This document shows positions 24,961 to 36,433 of a DNA stretch of 64,000 nt, in pieces (the first letter of the stretch is position 1; every line of letters begins with the position of its first letter). A program made the translations under genes and the position numbers. This stretch comes from Hydrolagus colliei. Its lineage: Eukaryota. A model generated the notes under the pieces. It was given only the letters and a program-made list of their open reading frames with translations. It was not told the origin of the DNA and searched no databases. The DNA is taken from the NCBI GenBank assembly GCA_035084275.1, contig CM068746.1, forward strand, positions 39,308,001 through 39,372,000. The letters are read 5' to 3'.

Positions 24961-25740
24961 ATTGTCAATGCCATTAATAGCATTATAATTGACTTTGAAA
25001 TTTAGACAGAATTGAAAAGTTTGCCAGCAATTCTCAACGACCTGGAGATTACAGGACAATGATCTTGAGGTTAAATAAAGTGACATTTCAGCTCTACAGC
25101 TGTCTGATTTATGATTCGGTGGCTGTTCCTTAAATGAGAGCAGAGATGCTGAGTAAAAGTGAGACATTTACTCACCCTTGTTAAACCCCTCCTTCTCTCA
25201 CTGCAGTACACTTGGTCATGATTGGTATTAATTGGTAGTAACAATTGCCATAACAATCGGTGTTGGAGTCGGGATTGTGACAACGAAACAGACAATATTT
25301 CACCTCTAAAGGAAAAAAAAATCAATGGGAGGCAATGGGAAACAGTGAATGAAAGTCACAATTCTTCAGAACTGTTGAATTCTTAGAAAATTCTTTCTTG
25401 ATTGAACACGTTTGACTGAACCAATTCAAGAGAGAGAGAGTGAGATATACGAGAGCGGGGAGGGGGGGTGGTGCTGGGCTTTGAACAGAATATGCTCTCG
25501 CATATTTTAAGTCTCGGAAGACTGTTCAAACTCCGACTGGGGGCCTGCTCGTCGGTTCCGCATCATCCATCATCGGGTACAAATCCCCCTCAAACTCATG
25601 TTGAGGTTTTGGCTTGTTCACGCAGTGGAAACTCTTGCCAGTGGAGCGATGGCGACTGAAGCGGCAGACTTGCCCAGCTGCGCTGTTAATGATGCTGTGA
25701 CTTTGCTAAAGGGCTGTGTTTCTCATTGTCTTTCCCGCAG

Positions 25741-25840
25741 GCGATCACCAAGTGGTCCAGCTCTACCTGAAGTCGAAGGAAACGGGCATCACGTTTGCCA
25801 GCACCAGCTTTGTCTTCTATAACTGCAGCGTCCACCATTC
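25741..25840 (+). CDS. PLXNA4: Plexin-A4 exon (IPT1 end): [32 protein letters not shown]
   Basis: tttcccgcag| acceptor, |gtaagt donor, 100 nt, phase 1 to 2. Confidence 0.95.
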
Positions 25841-26949
25841 GTAAGTTGTCTCGCCTACAGCCCTTTACTCTTAAGTAACACAACCCTTTGTTCCTCAGAT
25901 CTCCCAAACTTTGAAGCGTTTTATATAGCGTCGTAGTTAGAGAACCCTCCCCCCCGTCCCCTTCACAACTGGAGCACTCAGGTTCACTTCACAATCAGGG
26001 AGGAACATTTTTGCAGGTTTCCTTACTCTACACACTTTGGGTAGGTAACATTCCCGTCAAAAATTAACATAGAAAATTAGGTCACTCAATCCATGACAGT
26101 GTCTGGGACACCCCTGTGTGAAATTAACTGCCACGTTTCACCCACAAAGAATACAGGTAGGCCCTGCCAATGATTTATTGCACCTCCAGCCCATACATGG
26201 AGATGTCAGTCGAGACAGCGAGTTCAAAGTCTCGATGTGGCTTGAACCTCTGACCTTCCAACTCAGAGGTGGAGAGGCTTAGTATCAGAACGTGGTCGTT
26301 CCCATTAATATTCTGTCAGGATATTGTAGAGAGAGAGGGAATGATGAGACAAAGCTGTGGCAGCCCTTGTGTTACTGACGTGAAATTCATGTCGTATATT
26401 TATTGTGGTCTCCATGGTCCTATAACGCTGCTTCCAAACTGGAAAGCAATTCTCTATACTCTCTCGTAATACTTGACAAAGTTTTAATCTGCAGCAAATG
26501 CCATCGCAATTGCCTCTCCATCTTCCGCCGTCATCGTAACCTGCCCATCCATTAACGTTAATTATCGGAGCTTCGGGAAACATAAGAAAGCGTGAAATCA
26601 GAAGACAGTTGTGTGGCCAATTGAATGAACTTCTTATGCAGAGCCGGTATATCTCATATACCCTGTTCCTCCCGCAACTCGTGCACTCACTCATTCCCAC
26701 TCCTGGGGAAATATTTGGCCATAAATTCAACCTTTTGTTCATCCCACTTCCAATGATCTCCAACAATTCCTCCTCGCTGTATATGCATTCTGTGGAATAA
26801 AAAAACCCATCGTACCATTTCAAAGTATTACACAAACCATTGCTGAATGGTAAAACAACGTTCAACCCAACTAGTCAATGCCGGTGTTTTGCCTCCTAAC
26901 CCTCTCTCTCATTCCTCCTCTATTCCCTTCACCCTCATTTCGCCCAGTT

Positions 26950-27245
26950 CGGGGGAAACCGTAGGCAAATTTCCTTACGTCTGTTTACCCAGCAGTAAGT
27001 AGTAACCTGTTTGTTAGTCAATTGGCGGATCGCTTTTCTTGGCGTAATAATCCCTATATTTTTTAAAAATTGGTCACTCAATCCATGACTGTTTGAGGAA
27101 CACTGCTGTGCTCACTTGTCTGGTGCGTTTAGCCCACAACATGTACAGTCAATTCACTTAGCAGTATATTCTGTGAAGCTCGTTGCGATGTCCTAACGAC
27201 GTGATAAGGCACTATATCAGATGCAAGGATTATTATTATTATTAC
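26950..27245 (+). mobile_element. SINE, long variant lacking most of the tRNA head
   Basis: CORE-like segment, linker TAATAATCCC, 3' body and GGATTATTATT tail. Confidence 0.85.
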
Positions 27246-28533
27246 TAAGTACTGTTTTTTATTATCAGTTACCTGAGCATACACCAGGGAATCTAAGAGA
27301 GGGATTTCCGGACTGTATGTCTTAGGTTCACACTGGACAATGTTATCAGCGCTAACCTGAGCAGGTCGCATTTTCTTAAACTAAAATATTTATTTTGTGG
27401 GAATGAATGCTGCATTGTTATAAACCTTCACCATCAAGGAGAGAATCGCAATACATTATTAATCCCTTTATTATTCTATCTGCACTGCGGCGTTTTTTTT
27501 AACTTTATATTAATGTGGTCAGCAAAACTTTTAAATAAAACATTAAATAAATAGACTGCGGTTAGAGCGCTTAAATTCTCACTGTAGATATGCAGACTTT
27601 TCATTTGAAGGGCAGATTGAGGTGAATGTTTTTTTATCTCTGGGTGAAGTGAAAGTGCTAGCCTCCAAGGAGCTATTATTTAATATTTTCTCTTATATAA
27701 AGTGATACAAGCCTGAAACAGGCCATTCAATCTAACTGGTCCATGGAAGTCCTCCACACAAGTCGCACGCCCCTCACCCAACTCTACTGTTTCTGGAGTC
27801 CTGCAGCATTTTGGTTGGAGCACTGCACACCGACCAATTATCTGCACTGTGTCCTTATTGGCAACGGGGTTGTGAAATAAATGAAGGGAGAGACTTAGAA
27901 AATCAGATGTAGCACATACACGATGGTCTGAATGGCCTCCCACTGAAACTTTCTATTTCCGATAACGACAACACCAATAACAATCCTTTCATTTGGTATA
28001 GCACCTCATCACGTCGTTAAGATCACTCGGCAGATCACTTTCCGAGGCTAATAAATACCTTAAAAAAACAACAAAAGTATTACAGTAATAGTACACACTG
28101 TCATGCGCAATTGGCTGCTGGGTAAAAGTCAATCTAACAGTCAATCCAACTGAAATATTCGCCAATACTCCAAATGACCATAATAGTCTTTGTGTTTGAT
28201 ACAGTGCCTATAATGTTGAGAATGTCTCAGCACGCTTCACACAGTAAGCTGCAGTAACTGTGTATATGTGGAGGCAAACCTCAGTGGTATTGATTCTCAA
28301 TCTTCAGAGCCACTGGGCAAAAGCTTTGCTCCTTATTATTTGGAGAGGTGGTTAATGCCGACACCTATCTGTATTTTCTGAACCCTTACTCTTACATCAT
28401 ATCATGTACCAAATTTCTTTCCCTCCCTCCCTCCCTCCCTCCCTCCCCACATCATATATCAAGACTGGCATGTTTTGTTGCTGCTCAGAATGCAATCTAA
28501 TTGTGTTTCCTTGCTGTTTGTCGGTCCAAACAG

Positions 28534-28648
28534 GTGCCTGTCGTGTGTCAACAGCCCCTACCAATGTCACTGGTGTAAATATCGGCACATGTGCACACAC
28601 AATCCCCAGACATGCTCCTTCCAGGAGGGAAGAGTCAACATCTCTGAG
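28534..28648 (+). CDS. PLXNA4: Plexin-A4 exon (PSI2): [38 protein letters not shown]
   Basis: aaacag| acceptor, |gtaagg donor, 115 nt, phase 2 to 0; PSI cysteine pattern CxxC..CxWC. Confidence 0.95.
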
Positions 28649-29654
28649 GTAAGGAGTCTTCCTGACCCTCTCTGTGGCTGAGGCAGCCGAGGTCTTCACC
28701 TTTCACGGGAAAGTAAGCGTGAGATGAGGTGTCGAGTCTTTCTACGCAGCGACAACACTCGACCATCTTCCTCATTCCCACAGCAGAATTAACCTGCCTT
28801 TTGAACGCAAATGTAAAATATGCCAATGCTTTTTTTGTTACAAAAGTAATTTTTTAAAAAATACAAAGAGACTCCCTTGACCATTAGTAAATTGATCTGT
28901 TCAGCGATAGGGAGACAATGGTGCCTGGCTAGAACTGGTGTGATGGGGGTACGGAGATTGGCGCAGCTGAGTATGAGGGCAAGGCAGTTTTGGATCAGCT
29001 AAATGTTGCTCAGAGCCTTGGGACATCCTCCCAACGTGAAAGGTGCTATATAAATGTAACTTTGTTGCTGTTGTTGTTGTGGGTAGCAAAGCTGGGGAGA
29101 TCGTCGAAGAGGGCATTTGAATAGTAAAGGCAGGTGTAAAAAGCGCGATACCAAACGCCAGGATGATTAAACAACAGGTGTTTTGTAAAACTGAATCGGG
29201 ATTGACGTGTTACATTGGGATTGACTTGGAGAGCTCAGTTTCACAGGATTTGCAGTCTATTTACGGACTGACTACCAAGCTTTCTGACTTGATAGCACGG
29301 ACTATCAAGCACGGTTTCTGTGGGGGTATTATCTTAACATACCTGACTCAGCAAACACAGGTCTGAAACTTTGCCTGGCGAGGGGTTGGTTTTCGTTGCT
29401 GAGCTCGGGGCATTGAAATCACTGAACTATCCCCAAATTACCCATGTTCTTTGGACCATTGCCTTATAATTGTCGGCGTTCTTAATTTGGAGGTCGATTT
29501 TCTGCAGAAAACCAGTTAAGATTCCAAATTAAGACTGATTAAGAATCCTCCACGCCGTCTTAAGAGCTCCATCTATTCTGTCCTTTGGGAGAGATGTTAA
29601 ATTGAGGTCCTGTCTACCTGCTCAGCTGGACACTATAGATATCCCACATCACTG

Positions 29655-30055
29655 TTGATCTTGACTTCAAGATCCTCACCCTTGTTTTCAAATCCCTCCA
29701 CTCCTCTTGCACCCCCCTATCTCTCTGATCTCCTCTCCCCCCAACCCAGCACCCGCTGCCTTCGCTCCACCGGGTCTGGCCTCCTCCATGTCCCCCCGAA
29801 TCCTCCGCTCCACCCTCGGTGGCCGTGCCTTCAGCCACTATGACCCAAGGCTCTGGAACTCCCTTCCTCACTCCCTTCGCCTCGCCCCCTCTCTTCTCAG
29901 TTTCAGGTCACTGTTAAAGACCTTTCTCTTCGACCGCACCTTTGGTCACCTTTCTGCCCCTGCCCCTGGCTCGGTCCCGGGATCCGTTATTGTGAAGCGC
30001 TCTGAGATGCCGTCCGGCGTGGAGGGCGCTGTATAAATCCAAGTTGTTGTTGTTG
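29655..30055 (+). mobile_element. L2 LINE 3' fragment (second subfamily)
   Basis: Translates to STLGGRAFSHYDPRLWNSLPHSLRLAPSLLSFRSLLKTFLFDRTF; tail GAAGCGCTCTGAGATGCCGTCCGGCGTGGAGGGCGCT..(TTG)n. Confidence 0.88.
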
Positions 30056-31324
30056 AAACACCGATTGTCCAGCGCCTTATTGTCCACCTCACATCAGGAT
30101 GTCCTCCTGATGTGAATGGCGTTCTACAAATGTAATTTTAATGTAGTTGTTGTTTTCTTTGCTATAGGTTCTCTGTCTCTCTCTCTCCACAAAGAGTCTG
30201 AAAGTATCAGACTCAGGTTAGGGTGCATTGAAGGCTGAGGCCCCCTGAGTGTGGGTTGTGGGATACCGTTTAACAAAAGTTGAACAAAAAAGGCATGAAA
30301 TGGATCATCGGGAGAAACTCCCTTCTCTTTCGTATAGTTTCATACGATCGTCCACGTCCGTCAGAACTAGCAGAATAGACTTAGTGGCACCTCTGACATT
30401 GTTGCACTCTCCCACAGCACTTATCTAGAGTGTCAGCCTCGCCTATGTGATTGCAAAGTCAGATATGAGAGTCAGGGCTGACCCCAGTTTTGGTGGGTGG
30501 GGGGAGTATGGCTTCAAACAACTGTAAAACTATGTCTTTAACCATGCATTTACTCTCTGCGAGAGTTTCTCTCGCCTCTTTATAGGTCTCGTCCCTCACC
30601 CCCTCTACCCCCCTCCTCCCACTGTCTGATATCTCACTCTTCTTCTGTTTTGTCACCAGCTTAAATGAAAAGCTGGTTGGCAACATGATTGAAAGACGAG
30701 CAATTCCCGAATATAGTGTCTGGGACCTTAAGCCCTGGAGTTAAATCACAGTGCTTCACAGGGAAGCCCGTGCTTCCTATTTTAGGTGAGTCTGAGATGG
30801 GGTAGGGTGGAGTTCAACCTCAAAGGCCACAAGAATCAGAATTTGGAAGTGAGGGAGGAAATAGCCTTAATCTTGTGTACAATAAATCCACGTTTGCTTT
30901 TTTTCTCTCCAGTGGGTGACAGGAGTTTGATGTATAGATGTTGCTTCCCCAATGTAATAAGTAATTTGCTGTCAGTCAGCTAAGCTATTGATTTTGATGT
31001 GATGGTGGTAGAAGGGATGGAAGTGCGGAGGGGCTGGGATGGTGGGGGGGTGGGGGGGAGGGGGGGTGGCAGTGGGTAGGGAAGAGAAAGGGAGAGAACG
31101 TTTTACTATTTATTAGCTGCCAAGATTGTGGGTATTTAGGTGTCAGCCTGACCCAATCGGTAGCACTCTCTCGCCTGAATCAGAAGATTGTGGGTTCAAC
31201 CCCACGTCAGGGCTTTGAACACATGTAAAGTGACTCTGTGTTTTTTTAACAAGCAAACGTGGCTTTCAGTTTATCTATGGCAATGTCGCAGGGGGAGGGT
31301 GGGGGGGGGGAGGAAATCACGTTA

Positions 31325-31530
31325 CAAAGAGTTGTTTGGACGTGGAAAGCCAGACGTGGAAGGTGAGGGACTGTCAGCTTTTAAGAGCGAATCTGATCAA
31401 TATCTTTAAGAAGGAGAAATGTGAAAGAGTCTGAGGAGAAATCAGGAGATGGGTTGAAGCTGATAACTCATTCAGAGAGTTGGCAGAGACATGTTTGATG
31501 TATCCTTCTGGGATGTGTATCTTGCATAGT
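31325..31530 (+). mobile_element. Degenerate CR1 3' fragment
   Basis: Remnant LSAFKSESDQYL resembles the CR1 ORF2 end (FKxxLDxxL). Confidence 0.55.
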
Positions 31531-32287
31531 TTCTGACTCAGAGTAACATGAAGACCCACTGGATGCTTGCCACCCAGTGTTGGACACTGGGAGCTGAAAT
31601 CGAGTGTTAAATGGGGCGACACTCTACAATGACTGTTTCGCAGGAGGCTACACAGCAAGTCGGGGGTGATTGACAAACCTAATTAACACACATGGGTCGT
31701 GGGTTTGAATGTGAGGCAGTAACGAGGTTATTGTTAATTCAGAAATCTTCCCGCAGTCTGTGAATTCAATAGCCTCAGATCTTATTCCTGCTGTTTTGGG
31801 AGCTTGCCCAGAGCTCGATAGAACATATAAAATCCAGACAGGTTTTATTTAGTGCGTTTGTGTGTGTGTGTGTATGTGTGTGTATGAGAGAGTGGGTGAG
31901 CGTCTTTACAGCAGACAGTCGAGGGATGCGCTGTAGATCAATGATTTACACAGAACGCTTATCGTATCCTTCAGCCGGCTCTCGGATCAAATGGAGATCT
32001 TTCTTTCTTTCCCGTTTGTCTGGTCAGACCATTTTCCATTGCAAACATGTCAGAAACAGGGGCTTTGGTTACATACTAGTAAACTATTAAACGCTCCTAA
32101 TCTCTGCCCCAATGCGAATACAAGTTATTGTATTTTATGTAGCCCCCTTTGTTGTTATAGTTGATCAGCGAGTTTGAACCCTGGCCAATAACGCAAGCGT
32201 CTTTTAGGTGTCTTTTATTCCCCTTTATTCCTCCTTTATCAGTTCCCACTCATCTCGGCAGCTGAGAAACCAGTAATAAGGTCAGTA

Positions 32288-32703
32288 ATTTGCATTTGAT
32301 ATAGTGCCTCTCACATTGGGTCTTCACAGGTCTTCAAAGTACCTGATAGGATTTTGCCATGAAGTGTAGTGACTGCGTATTTGGCAAACAAATTTACCAC
32401 AGGCTGTCATAAACAGCCTGTGAAGGGAATGACACAATTTATTTGAGGGATTGTTATCCAGGACACCAAGAGAAACTCCCCTCTCTTTTCAAATAGGACC
32501 ATGGAATCTTTAGCCTCCACCTTAACAGTCACACGGGCCCTCAGTTTAGTGTCCCATCCGAATGGCCTCACCTCTGACAATGCAACATCCCCCATCACAA
32601 CATTGGTGCGTCAGCTTAGACTATGTGATTCCAAGCTCCCACTTGGAGGGGGCTTGATTGCACAACCTTCTGTCTCAAGAGGAGAGAGCGCTGCCAATGA
32701 ACC
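32288..32703 (-). mobile_element. DeuSINE-type SINE, near full length
   Basis: Reverse complement of Deu domain (CCATGGAATCTTT..GGGCCCTCAGTTTA..CATCCGAA..CACCTCTGACAATGCA) and head ACAACCTTCTG..GAGAGCGCTGCCAA. Confidence 0.78.
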
Positions 32704-32899
32704 GTTTATTATCTAAGATTAGGTTTCATTCGAATCAGCCAACAGGTGAAACAGGTCACATCAAGAACAATGTCCCCTCTTTCCCAAAGATGCATTGCTC
32801 CATCTAGTGCTGTGACTGAGAACTAGTGAAAGTCAGAAAGTGGGAGCCGAGTAGCACTTCCTCCCTTCCTCTCACAAGCCTGACGTTTAATATTAATAA

Positions 32900-33250
32900 C
32901 AGTAATAATCCTCGAGTTTGATAAAGCGCCTTATCACGTTGTCATCGTGACGTCTCAAGGCGCTTCACAGAATATACTGTAATGTGAATTGACTGTGTAT
33001 TTGGTGGGCGAAAGGCGGCAGCCAATTGCGCACAGTAGTGGCCCCACAAACAGTCGTGGATTGAGTGACCAAATTATTTTGGGGGGTGGAAGATGATAGG
33101 AGGGATCTTTACCCACAGAAACAGATTCGTCAATTGACTAACAACCAGGTTGCTGCTAGGCTCAGCTGCTTGAAACGTCCCCCAAGTGTAATTTTGTTGT
33201 TGTTGTTGTAGGCTAACAGAGGCGAGTGGAGTAAATAAACTTGCCTAATT
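32900..33250 (-). mobile_element. SINE, long variant, with a sense L2 tail nested at ~33160-33210
   Basis: High identity to the SINE consensus on the minus strand. Confidence 0.8.
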
Positions 33251-33304
33251 CCTGGCCAGGTTGAATCACAGTGTGTCAAGGCGTTGCTGATGTCTACGCA
33301 GTTC

Positions 33305-33455
33305 AGCCTAGCTCATCAACAAGACTTGGAAGGACAGACCAGTCTCTGGAGGGGGGCAGAGAATGATCTCTCTCAGCTCCTGTTAACCCTGCAAGCCAAA
33401 GCCTCAGCCTCAATAGGCTGGTCCTAGCTGGGCAAGCAGCGGGGAACTTTTGGTC
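33305..33455 (-). repeat. Unclassified dispersed repeat copy (3' part)
   Basis: Reverse complement TTCCCCGCTGCTTGCCCAGCTAG..TTAACAGGAG matches ~20450-20600. Confidence 0.65.
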
Positions 33456-33627
33456 ATCGTTCCCCCCCTTCTTCACATACCCTCTTACCCCCACATCACC
33501 CAGTTTAGCTGTGTGAAGTTACTTTGAGACACCCACCAGATGTGAAAGGGCACTACATAAATGCAAATTGTCGATGTTGTTGCATCGATATGGACTGAAT
33601 TGCTAATGGTGTGACAGAACAGTGTTT

Positions 33628-34086
33628 ATAAGAACATAAGAACATATGAAATAGGAGCAGGAGTAGGCCATTCGGCCCATTGAGCCTGCCCCACCATTCA
33701 ATCATGGCTGATATTCTATTCTAACTTCAGCTACCTGCCTTATCCCCATACCCCTTAATCCCTTTATAAATGTGAAATCTATCTAAATCAGTCTTGAATA
33801 TGTTCAAGGACTGAGCATCAACAACCCTTTGGGGTAAAGAATTCCATACATTCACCATCCTCTGAGTGAAGAAGGTTTTTCTCAACTCAGTGTGAAGGGG
33901 CTGACCCCTAACTTTAAGACTGTGACCCCTGGTTTTAGATTCTCCAACCAGGGGAAACAATCTCGCACTATCTACTTTGTCGTGCTCCTTAATAATCTTA
34001 TAGGTTTCTATAAAATCCCCTCTAATTCTGCTGTATTCCAGAGAATATAGGCCCAAATTCATCAACCTATCATCATAACTGTTCAA
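33628..34086 (-). mobile_element. CR1 LINE, 5'-truncated, with an intact ORF2 C-terminal 119 aa and (TTCTTATG)n end
   Basis: ORF 33727..34086 YDDRLMNLGLYSLEYSRIRGDFIETYKI..KTRGHSLK..FFTQRMVNVWNSLP is the canonical CR1 ORF2 terminus. Confidence 0.93.
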
Positions 34087-35115
34087 TCACATCTTCACAC
34101 TGACACTGTGTGTGTCTCGAGTTAATGAATAGTCTTCTCGGAGATAGAAGCGGAGGAAAACAGGCCTTTGCTTTCAGTGAGAATAATCCATCTGCCAGCT
34201 TTCTAATAAAAGTAATGAAACAATCAAAGGAGCCACATCAAAGGCAAAGTGTAGAGGCAGGTCCAACCTGGCATGTTAACTCACCCGTACCTTGGGGGGT
34301 AAGGATATCTCTTTGTAAAACACAGTAAATGCCACTTGTGTGGCTAGGATGCAGCTGTATAAAGTGTGGTGGTTTAACTGATATCCGGATCTTGTCCGTT
34401 TTGCTGGCGAGATTCCAAACAATTACAGTTGTATTCATTTCGAGCAGAAATTATAGCTTTGGTCTTCTTACAATTGCAACACAATAGTCATTTATGCTTC
34501 ACCTTTCATGTTGGGAGGACATCTCAAAAGTACTTTACATTCCTGAGCTGGGGAGGGCGGTGGGTGGGGTGGGGGGGTGGGCAGATGGAAAAGGGATACG
34601 CGGTGAGGGGAACAGCTGACCGAAAGAGCGGTCGAACGGGTCAAATCTCGAGTCGTTGATATTTCGTCACCGAACGACTTTGTGATTGAAGCGTTGAATC
34701 CCAGCTTGACGTGCCTCTCAATGTCTCAACCCAGGGTAACAGTTGCTTTTTTCCCCCTCCGAGTGTAGGCGTAAAAGATGTGGCAAGTATTTTGATGATA
34801 ACGACAGGACTCCTTTGGAGGCCAGAATTGTCCCATAAACAGTGTTGACACTCACAGTGTGCCTATGCCAGTCGATGTGGTTGTGAGCTTGGCTCTGGAT
34901 CACCCTCACCTCAAGGTCACAAGATTGTAGATTCAAGCACCATGTTAGAACTTTGAACCAGTCGTGTGCATTGTGTTGTTGGAGGTCCCATCTGACTGTT
35001 CAGGTGGATGTTAATGATCATTTGATGCCATTTAACGAGACAAGAGCGTTTCTCTCTCCCAGTGTCCTGGCCAACAAACCCTTGCCAGATAAAATGGATT
35101 CATGGCTGTTTGTGG

Positions 35116-35410
35116 GATTATAATAATCCTTGCATTTGATAAAGCGCTTCACAGAATATACTGCAAAGTGAATTGACTGCATATTTGTGGGCAAAACGCG
35201 GCAGCCAGTTGCGCACAGAAGTATCCCCACAAACAATCGTGGATTGAAATGACAGATTTTTATTATTGTATTGTTTTTGTGGACGGATTATTATTAGGCG
35301 TGTGAAGTAAGGAAACTTGCCCAAGGTTTCGCCCTGATCTGCCTGGATTCGAACACAGGTCTCACACTTGTAAGGCGAGTGCTCTCACCACCACTGAGCT
35401 ACAGTAGCTC
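35116..35410 (-). mobile_element. tRNA-headed SINE, short variant
   Basis: GGATTATTATTAGGCGTGTGAAGTAAGGAAACTTGCCCAAGG..CCACTGAGCTACAG. Confidence 0.85.
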
Positions 35411-36070
35411 CACCATGAGGATATCTCGTCACCTCAGCCCATGGTCAGCTCTACTCTTTACCTGGCTTGGTGTCAAGCTCCGTCATTGTTAAGCGCTCCG
35501 AGACACCACCCCGCTAAAAATCCGGTAAAGGATTTCGAGACATCCTCCAGACTCGAAAAGTGCAGGGATTATTTTTATTATTTAAAATTTCCCAGAATTT
35601 CTGTAAATTCAAATCTCTCTAGTTTATTCACACGCTGTTGTCCATAAAACCCGAATGCGCGCTGCACAGTATTGGGAGCATTGGATGGCATTCCTCGCCC
35701 GAGTGTAATATTAATATGTCAGATTAATTATGCAAATAAACTAAAGAGAAGGTGTAAATAGAGAGGCGATTGCCTCCAGAGGACATTGCTAGTATGGTTT
35801 ACTGGAGATTAATTAAATAAATTCAGTCAATGCTACATCCTTCGACTCCATTAACTCTCCTGTGCCTCAAACCCGAACCCCGGACTTTTCAGGTGATTGG
35901 TCTAATAATGTTCTGAAGCTCTAGGGAGTTTTTCCTGGTTTTCTGGCCAACAATCCCCCCTCCAGACAAACACGATCATTCACTTCACCATTGCTTGTGG
36001 GACACTTGTGTGCAAATTAGTTGTTGCCGGTTTCCCCTACAAAGTACACAGCCACTTCACTGAAAACGTG

Positions 36071-36433
36071 TGAGTCCCGAAGCATATTGGTTTGAGCGCT
36101 CGCCTCGCAATCGAGAGGACATAGTTTCGATTCCCGGGCAAGGACAAAACCTTAGACAAGCTTCCTTACTCCACACACCCCACCCTCTGTTTTCCTAGCA
36201 GTAAGTACAGTACTAGGAACCCAGTTGTAAGTCGATTGTCTGGATTGCTTATCGGGGGTAATAATCCCTCAAAAAAAAGAATGGGTTGCTTATTCCATAA
36301 CTGTTTGTGAGACATAATTGGCCGCCTCGTTTCGCCCCCAAAATACACAGTCACTACACTTTACGATATATTCCGTGAAGCTCTTTGAGACGTTGCAACG
36401 GTTCTATATCGAGTGAAAGGATTATTATTATTA
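36071..36433 (+). mobile_element. tRNA-headed SINE, long variant
   Basis: Head CTCGCCTCGCAA..GTTTCGATTCCC, body and tail GGATTATTATTA. Confidence 0.85.
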
